Of a DNA stretch of 64,000 nt, positions 53,017-63,249 are shown one piece after another. Numbering within the stretch: position 1 is the first letter of the stretch; every line of letters starts with the position of its first letter. Location of the stretch: the sequence record AP018399.1. The stretch is one strand, 5' to 3'. The notes beneath the pieces are model-generated. The model was not told the DNA's origin and did not search any database. It saw only the letters and a list, made by a program, of their open reading frames with translations. A program made the translations under genes and the position numbers.

Positions 53017-54756
53017 TTACTTTTGTGGACCTTCACGCTTCGGACGCTCGACAACCTTGTCAGCACCAGAGTTCACGTCAATATCCTTATCTGTTGGCTG
53101 TCCGGTGTCTCCACCAGCTTCATCGCCACCGGCTTCGTCTCCCAATTCATCCATTCCTTCTGCGTCGTCACCGCCGCCACCGGATAGGCCACCTTGGAAT
53201 CCACCACCGCCGCCACCGCCAGCTAGACCGCCGTCAAATCCACCGGCTTCGGCTTCTTCTGGGAAGTACAACACTGGTAGGTCACGTAGGCTATCGCTGT
53301 TCGGGTCGATACCCTTTTCTTCACGAAGCATACGCTCGTTCAATAGGATTTCTTCCTCGGTCAACTGGCCGTACTTCTTCAACACAAAGCGCTTGGAGAA
53401 GTGAGCAATACCGTCAGCCGTAACCATCGTATTGAGAAGTTCAGCATCCATCTGCTGTTCCTTCGACTTGGAGAAGTTCGACGGAGCCGGTAGTTCTAGG
53501 TGATATAGGGTCGGGTCAACGGCAATGTTGTTTTCGTGTAGCCAACGCTTGAATTCTTGGTCGAAAATCTTCTCAATGTGGCCCTGTAGACGTTCAACGT
53601 ATAGAGAGAACTTGATTTCCTGTAGGTAAGCAATACCCACACGACCGTCGTTGAAGATAGCGCCACCGTCAGCCGAACCATTGATGTACGACTGTGGGAT
53701 GCGTAGACCCATCCACATCTTGTTGAAGAAGTAGTCAAGGTCTTGCAATTCACCTAGGTTCTGACCGCCCGGTAGAACTTCAACGCGGCTACCCTTACCA
53801 TCCGCACCTTCGGCGAAGAAGTAGTCTTCGTTCATCGAAGCTGGGTTGTAGGTGCTGTCCACAACATTCTGACCACCAGACTGAGACGGAATCTTCTTCT
53901 GCTTGATTTCGTTCTTAATCTGTTCTAGGTGGTGGGCTACCTTGTGTGGCGGCATACGGCCAGTCTGAATGTAGAACACTCGACGTTCCGGGGCACGCTG
54001 CACACGGTAAATGATTAGGGCGTCTTCAAGTAGCTCTTTCTGCTTGAATGACTTGTAAGCGTTACGTAGGATGGAGTTGCCGAACGGAGCTTCTTCGCTC
54101 ATGTCGTCGTTCAGGCTGAAACGAATCATCTTCGACTTGTCTACCGGAGTAACAGCGGCATCGCCGATGTTCGAAGACACGTTGAACATGATGCCTGTAC
54201 CCATCTGAGGGTTAGCCATCTTGGAGTCGGTCTTTACATGCCAACCCTTAACGTCGGAGATATCATTCTCCGATACGATGGCACCAATGATGCTCTTAGG
54301 GTGAATCCAGACGTAGCTACCGTTCTTCTTTTCTGGACGCATGAAGAATGCGTCACCATACTTAATTGTATTACGGCAGATTGGGAAGATACGTTCGGCC
54401 CAATTGTGTAGCTGGCACCATGTCTTTAGAGCAGCACGGAGGGTGGTCACGGTACGTGACGGGACTGGATTATTGCCGCTCGGGGTGATGGCGATTTCTA
54501 GCGGAAGGTTCTGCTTACCGTTGTTACCACACATTTCCTCGGCAATGATATCCAAAGCCATAGACACATGAACGTCACCGTCCATAATGTCGAACTCGCG
54601 GTAACGGGTCAGACGTGACGGTGAACCCTGCACCAGACGGTGATACCATGTGTAATTACCGTAGATACCACCTGTACCGGTAGTATCACGGTTATCCATC
54701 GTATCAATGCTAGCAGCAGACGGTGCTACGATTTTGTAATAAGATTTAATCGCCAT
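53017..54756 (-). CDS. gp20: Portal protein (T4 gp20-like)
   Basis: YREFDIMD..V..ALDII, LLEDALIIYRVQRAPERRVFYI, EDYFF, LPGGQNLGELQDLDYF, LRIP; late motif at 54779..54785. Confidence 0.95.
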   Translation of the reverse strand: MAIKSYYKIVAPSAASIDTMDNRDTTGTGGIYGNYTWYHRLVQGSPSRLTRYREFDIMDGDVHVSMALDIIAEEMCGNNGKQNLPLEIAITPSGNNPVPSRTVTTLRAALKTWCQLHNWAERIFPICRNTIKYGDAFFMRPEKKNGSYVWIHPKSIIGAIVSENDISDVKGWHVKTDSKMANPQMGTGIMFNVSSNIGDAAVTPVDKSKMIRFSLNDDMSEEAPFGNSILRNAYKSFKQKELLEDALIIYRVQRAPERRVFYIQTGRMPPHKVAHHLEQIKNEIKQKKIPSQSGGQNVVDSTYNPASMNEDYFFAEGADGKGSRVEVLPGGQNLGELQDLDYFFNKMWMGLRIPQSYINGSADGGAIFNDGRVGIAYLQEIKFSLYVERLQGHIEKIFDQEFKRWLHENNIAVDPTLYHLELPAPSNFSKSKEQQMDAELLNTMVTADGIAHFSKRFVLKKYGQLTEEEILLNERMLREEKGIDPNSDSLRDLPVLYFPEEAEAGGFDGGLAGGGGGGGFQGGLSGGGGDDAEGMDELGDEAGGDEAGGDTGQPTDKDIDVNSGADKVVERPKREGPQK

Positions 54757-54806
54757 AGGGGTTTAAGTTAACTTCGATTATTTATTGCCTTACCTGAACC
54801 CTGAGC

Positions 54807-57563
54807 TTAACTTAGCATCTGCAATGCGGTCTTCTGCACAAAGTCAAACTGCTGCTGACCCTTGGTACGCTGTTCCGCAATTAGTTCTTCACGTTCTGCG
54901 CGTTCGCGTTCTTCCTTCTTGCTGTCCTTGGCGACGCCTAGAGCTTCACGCTGAATTTCAACTAGTTCAACAATAGGGTCATTTGGATTGTTTTGAATGA
55001 CATTACCATTGGCATCACGCTGAATACCAGCCGCAGCGTCAGAACCCACCGAAATAGCGTTGGAGCGTGGGCGGTCACCGGCAGCACTGTTAGCCTGACG
55101 GCGACGTGCGAACGTTGCAAGTTGCTCTAGCTGCTGGATAGATGCCTGACGGTTGGATTCCGATTCTTCATCCGTAACCCACCAGTCACCAACTTCCTTC
55201 AATTTAATTAGGGCAGCAATATCTTCCTGACTGTACTGGCCGGTCTTGGAAACACGGTCCATGATGGAGTCAATGTTATTGGACTGTTTGGTTGAGAAGT
55301 AGTCACTGATAGCCGTCGCACCGTATCCAAGTGGATTTAGAACCTGTGAGGCCATCTTGTACGCAGAGTTGTCGCTGTAATAAGCGTCCTGACCCCACTT
55401 AGAAAGTCCAGTACCAATTCCCCAACCGGCTAGACCGGCTGCACCGACACCAGCAGCACCCGTGGCTAGACCGCCAAGAGTTAGACCACCAGCGGCAGCA
55501 CCGCCCGCTCCTGCGGCACCGGCTGCGCCAGCACCACTTGCACCAGCCCCGAATCCACCTAGACCACCCAGACCAAGACGACCTAGAAGGCCACCGGCAC
55601 CACGGCCAGCAATTGTTTCAAGCGCACCACCGGCCAGCTTACGTTTTAGGACGGCACCAATGATGTTGGTTAGTGAACCACCGATAGCACCCGCGATAGC
55701 CGCACCCGGTAGACCACCAAAACCTCTCATAGATTCAGAAAATTCCTGAACCGCAGATTCGAACATTGTGATGCTATCAGCCTGCTTCTTTTGGTTTTCT
55801 TCGGCGAACTTTAGGTAATCACCAAATGAAATATCACCACGAGCATTACGCTGAGCCTGCGCACGAATGTCATTGTCCACGATACCCTGCATGGTGTCAC
55901 CACCACTACCAGAGATAAAGCGTTCGGTTGCAATGTTCGGAGCAAGAGCCGCAATGAATCCACCTACGTCACCGGCTGCGCTGGCCTTACGCTCATAGCT
56001 CTGCTTGAACTGTGACACATCTGAGTTCAGCGATAGCAAACGCTTTTGTTCAGCGTCATTTAGCTGGGCACCCGGACGACGAGACTTAGCCCATAGTGCT
56101 TGGTCTTCTGCGGACCAACCTAGCTTACCACCAAGGTCTTGAGCCGAAACCTGACCCATGACAGCACCACGAATACGGTCCGCAATGTCACCAAACTGTG
56201 CATTGTGACGCATCTGTTCCTGCTGCTTCATGTACTCAATGTCGTATCCCATGTACTTGGTATACAACATACGAGTCGTCAATTCCTTCTGTAGAACGGC
56301 CTGCTGTTCGGCAGTTTGCGCTCTATTGAACTTGGCAATGTTATAGACTTGAGTTGAGTAATCCTGAATCAGCTTAGCCGATTCCTGAATGCTACCACCG
56401 AAGATTTGTTGAAGCGTCTGAGCCTGATTGGTTAGCTGACGATTCAATTCAATGTTGTAGGTACGGCCCGTTTGGAACGCGGAACGCATCCAGTCCGAAG
56501 TGAACTGAGCCGCTTCCTGACCGATTAGACCAACCTGCTTAGCGTTGTTAGACCATGCACGCAACGATTCCGTTGCGTCCTTTTCCATGTACTTACCGAA
56601 GCCGGTCACGCCATTGATTACGTCGCGGTTGGCCGCACGCATCTGGTTCAATTCATCAGACGACATACCCATACGGAATGCGTCAATGAATTCATTTGAT
56701 TCAAATCCGTACTTTAGGCGAGACGAAATGTAGCTCGGAATCTTTTCAGCGTCCTTGGCGATAGCACTACCAAGAGCCTTCATTGTCGATTCAATCGAAC
56801 GTTGGAAGTCTTCCGTTGCCTTCTTGACACTATCACCAACGTCCTTGAAGAACTGCTTGGTTAGGTCACTGACAGCCTTGTACTGGTCGTTAAGCTGGTT
56901 CGCACCATACTGTGCATTCTGCGACAGCTTGGTGTTTGGATTCTTTTCTAGATTCTTTAGGTACAGTGCTAGCGGACCGCTTAGGACCGGCTTACCACCG
57001 TGGATACCTGACTGCTCAATCTTGATACGAGCATCAGCAGCCTTCTTCAACTTCTGGTTTAGAAGCTCCTGATTCTTGGCATACTCTTCCTGATTGTCCA
57101 CGATATCACTGACCGTAGCAGCTAGGTCAGCATAGTCGTCATTCAATTCCTTTAGCTTATCAACGTTGCCCGACACCTTCTTGACGTAATCAAGGGTGTG
57201 CTTGGCGGCTAGGTTGTAGGCTTTGGTCTGGGTTGTTGCCGCATCCTTAACCGCGTCTTCCAATCGACCGAACGCAGCGTTAAGTGGGTTGATGTTCTTG
57301 ACCATATCTTTGAAATGGTCAGCAATGGTACGTCCACCACTCTTAAACGATTTGTGGAGTTCATTTAGATTTTCGGCAAGGGCTTCTACGGCCTTGTTGC
57401 TGTCACGGACAGCACGCGAGTTCGCAGAGCCGCCACGGCCCATACGAGTACCGCCGTTGTCGCTACCACCACTACCAAACGAGTTCTTATCCTGCTTGAT
57501 AGTGCGGGTAAGGTCGTTTAAAGAATTGAGTAGTTGCTGGAATTGTTGGTCTGTAACAGCCAT
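54807..57563 (-). CDS. Large virion protein, tape-measure-like
   Basis: 918 aa, helical/coiled, Gly/Ala-rich hydrophobic stretch near aa 615-720; late motif at 57588..57594. Confidence 0.5.
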   Translation of the reverse strand: MAVTDQQFQQLLNSLNDLTRTIKQDKNSFGSGGSDNGGTRMGRGGSANSRAVRDSNKAVEALAENLNELHKSFKSGGRTIADHFKDMVKNINPLNAAFGRLEDAVKDAATTQTKAYNLAAKHTLDYVKKVSGNVDKLKELNDDYADLAATVSDIVDNQEEYAKNQELLNQKLKKAADARIKIEQSGIHGGKPVLSGPLALYLKNLEKNPNTKLSQNAQYGANQLNDQYKAVSDLTKQFFKDVGDSVKKATEDFQRSIESTMKALGSAIAKDAEKIPSYISSRLKYGFESNEFIDAFRMGMSSDELNQMRAANRDVINGVTGFGKYMEKDATESLRAWSNNAKQVGLIGQEAAQFTSDWMRSAFQTGRTYNIELNRQLTNQAQTLQQIFGGSIQESAKLIQDYSTQVYNIAKFNRAQTAEQQAVLQKELTTRMLYTKYMGYDIEYMKQQEQMRHNAQFGDIADRIRGAVMGQVSAQDLGGKLGWSAEDQALWAKSRRPGAQLNDAEQKRLLSLNSDVSQFKQSYERKASAAGDVGGFIAALAPNIATERFISGSGGDTMQGIVDNDIRAQAQRNARGDISFGDYLKFAEENQKKQADSITMFESAVQEFSESMRGFGGLPGAAIAGAIGGSLTNIIGAVLKRKLAGGALETIAGRGAGGLLGRLGLGGLGGFGAGASGAGAAGAAGAGGAAAGGLTLGGLATGAAGVGAAGLAGWGIGTGLSKWGQDAYYSDNSAYKMASQVLNPLGYGATAISDYFSTKQSNNIDSIMDRVSKTGQYSQEDIAALIKLKEVGDWWVTDEESESNRQASIQQLEQLATFARRRQANSAAGDRPRSNAISVGSDAAAGIQRDANGNVIQNNPNDPIVELVEIQREALGVAKDSKKEERERAEREELIAEQRTKGQQQFDFVQKTALQMLS

Positions 57564-57618
57564 GCCTTAGTCTTCTCGGATACGTCTTATTTATTTGCGT
57601 GTACCGCTCAATTTTTTG

Positions 57619-57647
57619 TTGACAATTCAAATAAGTTTTGTTAGGAT
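57619..57647 (+). promoter_or_regulatory. Sigma70 promoter TTGACA-17-TAGGAT for gp55
   Basis: Consensus -35 and spacer, 30 nt upstream of the ATG. Confidence 0.8.
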
Positions 57648-57677
57648 ATATACGTCGGTCCAGTATAGGAATACAAA

Positions 57678-58271
57678 ATGACCGAAATTAAGAAGAAAAA
57701 GAAGAACTACATCAACAACGCCGACCTTCTCATTGAGCTAGAGAAGAGTCACAAACAGAACAGAATGACCGAAGAACTCGGCCGTATGCTGCTTCTACTT
57801 TGCCAGCGTTACATCCAAATTCCGCGTTTCGCCAAGTACACCTACACTGACGATATGCAGGGATTCGCTCTCATGACAATTTGCCGTGTTTGGAAGAGTT
57901 TCGACGCTTCAAAGAGCCAGAACCCCTTCGCTTACTTCACGCAATGTATCCACCACGCCTACTTCCAGTACAACAATCAGGAACGTAAGCAGCGTGATAT
58001 CAAGGATGAGATTCGTATTCATAGCGGCCAGAACCCATCGTTCAACTATGCGGAACGAGTTGGTGGCGGTCATGAAGACCATGATGCTAGCGGCGATATT
58101 GACTATATGGATGTGCATGACTCCATTGACCCATACAGGGAAGATGAACCGGGTGCCGGTACATACGACCCAACCGCTCCGGGTGAAGTAATTACTTTGA
58201 ATCCAGATGAAGTCAAGATTCTGGAAATCGGAGCCGAATTCCTCGGCGATGATGTTACCGGAGAAGACTGA
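57678..58271 (+). CDS. gp55: Late transcription sigma factor (T4 gp55-like)
   Basis: NYINNADL, LGRMLLLLC, YTYTDDM, FDASKSQNPFAYFTQCIHHAY; acidic C-terminal tail. Confidence 0.92.
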   Translation: MTEIKKKKKNYINNADLLIELEKSHKQNRMTEELGRMLLLLCQRYIQIPRFAKYTYTDDMQGFALMTICRVWKSFDASKSQNPFAYFTQCIHHAYFQYNNQERKQRDIKDEIRIHSGQNPSFNYAERVGGGHEDHDASGDIDYMDVHDSIDPYREDEPGAGTYDPTAPGEVITLNPDEVKILEIGAEFLGDDVTGED

Positions 58272-58470
58272 GAAGTCTACTGATGAAACCCCGCTTCGGC
58301 GGGGTTTCTTTTTGTCCGCCATTTATGACGGTAACTGACTTAATTAGTTTAACTTTCCATCCGTCGATGGTGAACTCCGTTTCGCCCGCTTCCAGTCGAT
58401 TATAGAATTCATGAACACGGTTCCTGTCAGACAGGAACCGGTTTCCATTTTCGGTACGGGCAGCTTTCAT
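58255..58470 (-). CDS. Small hypothetical protein
   Basis: ATGA overlap with the gp47-46 stop; its 3' end runs through the gp55 terminator, so partly doubtful. Confidence 0.4.
   Translation of the reverse strand: MKAARTENGNRFLSDRNRVHEFYNRLEAGETEFTIDGWKVKLIKSVTVINGGQKETPPKRGFISRLLSLLR
58285..58313 (+). terminator. Rho-independent terminator after gp55
   Basis: GAAACCCCGC-TTCG-GCGGGGTTTC followed by TTTTT. Confidence 0.9.
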
Positions 58471-61400
58471 AGAATGTTGGAGAAGCCGTTTCTCAATTCA
58501 ATTTCGATGCGCTTATCAAACATATTCAGCACTTCGTCACGGTGAGAGATTACGAACATGCTTAGGTGATTGTCTTGAGCAATTGACTTAATCATCTTCG
58601 TGGCTTGTGTCACTCCTACGTTACCAAGACCGGTGTCCAAACATTCGTCTAGGATACACAGGTTAATCTTGCCGAAGCGAGACTGTAGAACATCACGGAA
58701 GGCGAACGCCAAGCACAGGTTCACGCGGGCCTTCTGGCCTGCCGAGAAGTTACCGTACTCATAATCAGCACCGAACTGCGAAATGCTTACTTCCATTTCC
58801 TCAGTGAAGGTGACGCGATGCGGCAGACCTACCTTGTCCAGATTGTTGCGTAGACGGGTGTTCAGCAATGGAATGCTCTTGTTCAGCAGAGCCTTGCGGA
58901 TGAATGAGTCTTTCTTCGTCAACAGCTTCAATAGGAAGTCCTGATGCTTGATTTCCTTGTCCAGCTTGTTGATTTCGTCATGCTTCAACGGTTCCAGCTT
59001 GGTAGCCTGTAGGCTGTCCACAACCGAAATGAATGGGTTGACTTCATCTTCAATCTCTTCGATACGGTTCTTGATGGTATCGACTCGGACTTGGTGGCTC
59101 TGGGCATCGGCCATCGTCTTGAACGACGAATGGATGAATTCCTTTGCCATCGAAATCTTGCTTTGAATCGCAGCAGACTTTGCCGAAATCTCGGCAAGCT
59201 CTTCCAGAATATCATCTTCGGTCAAGGCATCTTCACCGGCAACGTGAGGATTAGTGGACTGAACCACTTCCTCCAAACGACGCTGTAGGTTACCTAGGTT
59301 GGCTTCCTGTGCATCCAAATTACTTGGAATGTTCAGTGCCAGCAAGTCCCTGATACGGGCATCAACTTCACCAATCTTCGTTTCAACGTCAGCCAATGCA
59401 ACATCGACCTCCGAAGCTTCGGTCTGCTTGGCTGCAATTTCTGCGTCGATGGTGTCTAGGTTGTGCTGGCATTCCTGAATCTTGACCTTGGCTTCGGCGA
59501 ACTGCTGCATACAGTACGGGCACTGATTGTCCCCAAGATGGGCAATTTCACTTTCCTTCTTGGCACGAGCATCACGTAGAGTGGTCAGAGTAATACCCGC
59601 AGCGGTGCGAGCAGCCTGCCACTTGCTGAACTCGGACTTGAGTGTGTTTTTCTCGGCCTGAGCCTGTTCCAGTTCCGCCCTCTTGGTTCGCAAGGTTGCA
59701 AAGTCGATTGCCTGCAACGATTTGATTTGAGATTGTAGGTCAGTGATGCTCCTTTCCTTGGAGTCATCCCAACCCTTTCGCTTCTCACCCAACGAAATGA
59801 TGTTACGTAGCTCTGCCTGTAGTGCAGGAACGTTACGCTCCACCTTCGTTAGTTCCTTCGTATGCTTCTCAAGGTCTTCGAAGCATTCAATGGAAACCTG
59901 TGGGTCAATTTTCTGCATTTCCGAAAGCTGAGTTTCCAGTTCGACAATGCGAGCTTCACGACTGTTGTTCCAATCGTTCAAGCGCTGAATGTTGGCTGCA
60001 ACCTGCTGGTCATGACGGCCGTGTTCTGCTTCCAGTCGAGTGTTGATTTCAACTAGATTCTTGAATTCCGACTTCGACGCCGACAGAAGTTCCTTGAGCT
60101 TTTCAGCCTTGTGGGTCAGTTCGGTCAAACCAAACAGTTCTTCAATGATATCGCGCTGGTTGGCCTTCGAAGCGTGGGACGACGGCAAGCTTAGGAACGG
60201 TTCATGGGTAGCCGAGAAGACCACGATGCGGATGAACATTTCATATGGAATACCAATGATGCGTTCAATTTCGCTGTTGCAGTTCGTCACGCTGTCTGGC
60301 GTCACGTCCTGCTCTTCACCGAACACCGGCTCATCAGCGTTCATGAATAGACGAACGCCGTCACCGCCCTTGAGCTTGTTCTTGCGGTAACGCTCAACCT
60401 TGTAATACTTGCCGTCCACCTTGAAGGTACAGGTCAACAGCATGTTCTTCTTGTTGGCCTTATTGATTTGGGCATTCTTGTCAACGCCCATCAGGTTCTT
60501 GTCGAACATACACATCAACAATCCGTTTAGGATGGTTGACTTACCTGCACCGTTTGAGTCAACCTGACCGTCAACCACGGAGTCGTAGTTGCGACCAACA
60601 ATCAGAGTTGGGGTGTCGAAGTTCAAGTTCACTGTCGTGGTGTTGTTGCCATACGACAGGTAGTTCTCCATCGTCAGTTCCATGAACTCGACGTTCGCGG
60701 CCTTGGAATTCACTTCCTTTGCCGACGTGGAAAGCTTCTTGTAGATGCTTAGCAGAAGTTCGGTGTCAACGCTGCTGTCCTTGATTCGACGTAGAAGTTC
60801 TGTGATGACTTCATTGGTCGTCTCAAGCTGTAGCTCTTCAATGGCCTGTTCGTCTTCCGATAGCTTCACGTCAATGGAATACGATTCTTCCAGCGTGATT
60901 TCACGTAGGGCGAACTTCTTCTGTAGCTTCTCACGGATGATGTTGCTTTCTTCAAAGGTGATTTCAGTGTCCACGTCAACCTTGACGCGAGCATTCTTAA
61001 CCAGAACTTTCTTGGAATTTTCCAGAACGTCCGACAGGCTGACCTTGATGTACTTCGGGCAGTCAGCCCAATCCAAGTAATCCAGCTTGTCCGTGGTGAA
61101 GTCGTACACCGCCATACCACGCTTGGTATCGTTGGTGTCGGAGAAGTCCATCGGGAATGTGTTGCCGATGTAGTGAATGTTCTTGTCGGTCTGGCGCTTG
61201 TGGAAGTGGCCGGTGAAGACTCGCTTCTGCTTCTTGAAGAAGGTACCAGCTTCCGGGCCATGTTCCATGACGTTGTTTGCACCAGCGACCACAAAGCCCT
61301 TGAGTTCCAAGTGACCCATAGCCACCGGAACCTTCGAATGCTCAATTAGAGTCGGGTACTCATCTTCACGCAGATATGGAATCGCAAGGACTTCGTTGTG

Positions 61401-61766
61401 AATTTCCTTGATTACCTGAGTCTCGCTTAGGAGGATGAAGTTCTCAAGCGGCTCAAAGATTTCAGTTGTGAATGTGGTACGAGTGTTGCGGAACGCAAGG
61501 TCGTGGTTACCGACTAGGAAGTAAATCGGTAGGCCAAGTTCGTTCAGCATCTTCGCTCCGTGGAAGGAGCGCTGCAACGTAAATGCATTGATGGCAGCAC
61601 GATGCTCATGCCAGTCACCCAAGAACCAGATATGGTCAATCTCAGGGTCGGCCTTGACTTGTTCACAGAACCACTTGATGAAATTCAAGCAGTCTTGGTT
61701 ATGTTCTTCCGAGTTGTTCTTTTTACCGAAGTGAATATCGGTAAACATTGCAGCTTTCTTTAGCAC
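58467..61766 (-). CDS. Fused Mre11/SbcD nuclease (gp47) and Rad50/SbcC ATPase (gp46)
   Basis: N-terminal TDIHFG, LGDWHE, GNHD, GHLE, GHFH; then NYLSYGN, NGAGKST Walker A, coiled coils, CPYC zinc hook, FSAGQ signature, LDECLD, ISHRD; one uninterrupted 1099-aa ORF. Confidence 0.92.
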   Translation of the reverse strand: MLKKAAMFTDIHFGKKNNSEEHNQDCLNFIKWFCEQVKADPEIDHIWFLGDWHEHRAAINAFTLQRSFHGAKMLNELGLPIYFLVGNHDLAFRNTRTTFTTEIFEPLENFILLSETQVIKEIHNEVLAIPYLREDEYPTLIEHSKVPVAMGHLELKGFVVAGANNVMEHGPEAGTFFKKQKRVFTGHFHKRQTDKNIHYIGNTFPMDFSDTNDTKRGMAVYDFTTDKLDYLDWADCPKYIKVSLSDVLENSKKVLVKNARVKVDVDTEITFEESNIIREKLQKKFALREITLEESYSIDVKLSEDEQAIEELQLETTNEVITELLRRIKDSSVDTELLLSIYKKLSTSAKEVNSKAANVEFMELTMENYLSYGNNTTTVNLNFDTPTLIVGRNYDSVVDGQVDSNGAGKSTILNGLLMCMFDKNLMGVDKNAQINKANKKNMLLTCTFKVDGKYYKVERYRKNKLKGGDGVRLFMNADEPVFGEEQDVTPDSVTNCNSEIERIIGIPYEMFIRIVVFSATHEPFLSLPSSHASKANQRDIIEELFGLTELTHKAEKLKELLSASKSEFKNLVEINTRLEAEHGRHDQQVAANIQRLNDWNNSREARIVELETQLSEMQKIDPQVSIECFEDLEKHTKELTKVERNVPALQAELRNIISLGEKRKGWDDSKERSITDLQSQIKSLQAIDFATLRTKRAELEQAQAEKNTLKSEFSKWQAARTAAGITLTTLRDARAKKESEIAHLGDNQCPYCMQQFAEAKVKIQECQHNLDTIDAEIAAKQTEASEVDVALADVETKIGEVDARIRDLLALNIPSNLDAQEANLGNLQRRLEEVVQSTNPHVAGEDALTEDDILEELAEISAKSAAIQSKISMAKEFIHSSFKTMADAQSHQVRVDTIKNRIEEIEDEVNPFISVVDSLQATKLEPLKHDEINKLDKEIKHQDFLLKLLTKKDSFIRKALLNKSIPLLNTRLRNNLDKVGLPHRVTFTEEMEVSISQFGADYEYGNFSAGQKARVNLCLAFAFRDVLQSRFGKINLCILDECLDTGLGNVGVTQATKMIKSIAQDNHLSMFVISHRDEVLNMFDKRIEIELRNGFSNIL

Positions 61767-61776
61767 TAAATTTCCC

Positions 61777-62253
61777 TTACATATTTTCCGGGTTCAAGAA
61801 AATCACTTGAACTCCGTCACCCACAGTATACCTCATTTCATGTGGGGCTGTATCATCAAATAAAATGTATCGCTTATAATCCAAACCCGCTTCAATCATT
61901 CGGCGAACCGTCATCAGGAACGCGAATTCCTTGGGCTGTGACCAGATTGTATTTCCATTCGGCTTGAGGTAGTTGTGACGATGGAGTCCAGCCCAATCTT
62001 CGGCCATACCCATCGTCGTTTCGATGCTGATGTAGCCGCTCTTACTCTTGGCCGACAAGTCCTTAATCAATTGGCTTGCTCGTAGCGTCTGATAGTTCTC
62101 GTCATTCCAGACCGCGTAGGAGTAGATGAGCCAGTCTTCCGGTTGGTACTCCGCGACGATGGAGTCAAGCTTGTCGAAATTGATGTAAGTATCCATCTGG
62201 TTCCAATGCGGAATGATGGTGCTTTCAAGGTCTAGGGCTAGCAGGGTTTTCAT
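61777..62253 (-). CDS. HAD-like hypothetical protein
   Basis: LLALDLESTII and ILFDD resemble HAD motifs I and IV (second Asp replaced by Glu). Confidence 0.5.
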   Translation of the reverse strand: MKTLLALDLESTIIPHWNQMDTYINFDKLDSIVAEYQPEDWLIYSYAVWNDENYQTLRASQLIKDLSAKSKSGYISIETTMGMAEDWAGLHRHNYLKPNGNTIWSQPKEFAFLMTVRRMIEAGLDYKRYILFDDTAPHEMRYTVGDGVQVIFLNPENM

Positions 62254-62795
62254 TCGGATTCCTCTGTGGCGATTTCCACACGCGGTTCGGTTACCGTGCA
62301 GAAGTATCCGAGCTTTTCGTTGTCCACGATGGCGTCCGGATAGCCTTGAGCCTCAATCTTTTCACTCAACAATCCACCACCACGAACCTGTGTTGTCTTG
62401 GTGATGTAGGTTCCCTTGGGGATTTCAATTTCGTTGAGTGACTTGAACTTACTCTTGGTGATGAACTTGGTCTGGAAGGTGTGCGTCTTGGCTGGGCCAA
62501 GCGTCACAATCTCGCCCGTCATCTTGACGTACTTACTTAGATTTTCTTCTGACAGAAGAGCAGACTTCATAGTGAAGGTGTTCTTCTTGTGGTCATACGA
62601 AGCACCCGTCACGATGTACACGGGTTCCACTGCCTCAATGTCTGTACACGTCACCGACACCAATTCGTTGTTGTGAAACAGTTCCTTGTCACCATACTGA
62701 GCCTTGAATGGCTTGATGATACGGCCATTGGTCTGTTCATGACGTTCCCGCGCTTCAACCATGCGGGCATAAACACTCTTAAATTCTTCGGTCAT
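62250..62795 (-). CDS. Hypothetical protein
   Basis: 181-aa ORF, ATGA overlaps both sides. Confidence 0.7.
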   Translation of the reverse strand: MTEEFKSVYARMVEARERHEQTNGRIIKPFKAQYGDKELFHNNELVSVTCTDIEAVEPVYIVTGASYDHKKNTFTMKSALLSEENLSKYVKMTGEIVTLGPAKTHTFQTKFITKSKFKSLNEIEIPKGTYITKTTQVRGGGLLSEKIEAQGYPDAIVDNEKLGYFCTVTEPRVEIATEESE

Positions 62796-63145
62796 TGTGG
62801 GATTTCGATGTTGATGTTCACGTCCACATAATGGTCGGGGAAACGTGATTGTAGTACGTTACGAATCAAATCTTGGAATGCGTCAACATCGACTTCTCCA
62901 TCCTCTTCCGGAAGATTGAAGTCCATTGCCAGTACGGTATCTCCGGGCACAATGTTGATATCACCGCGACCATTAACCAGATACTTTGCATTATCTTGAC
63001 TCAAGATTTCCTTAAGACCACCAGAGCCTTTGGTGTCATATGTGTAAATCTTAAGGTTGTCGCGGACGGTGAACTCTTGCGTACCAGTCTTCTTGGTTAC
63101 AACAGTTCCGTCAGGAATGTATTTGGCTTCAAGTAGTAGTTTCAT
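62792..63145 (-). CDS. Hypothetical protein
   Basis: Start set to ATG 63145 (MKLLLEAK). Confidence 0.65.
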   Translation of the reverse strand: MKLLLEAKYIPDGTVVTKKTGTQEFTVRDNLKIYTYDTKGSGGLKEILSQDNAKYLVNGRGDINIVPGDTVLAMDFNLPEEDGEVDVDAFQDLIRNVLQSRFPDHYVDVNINIEIPQ

Positions 63146-63249
63146 TCTGGCTCTTCTTGTATAGGTTCTTACAATACCAAATGACTCCACCCAACACTGC
63201 GAAGGGTAGAGCCATGATGGTTAGCAGCCCACCGGCTAGGGCATACAAT

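Noticed and set aside
63142-63246. Tiny membrane-peptide frame (MP*PVGLLTIMALPFAVLGG...) with an in-frame TAG, hinting at amber recoding
   Set aside because: All large genes are intact under the standard code; a GTG/ATG start after the TAG explains it; too short to call
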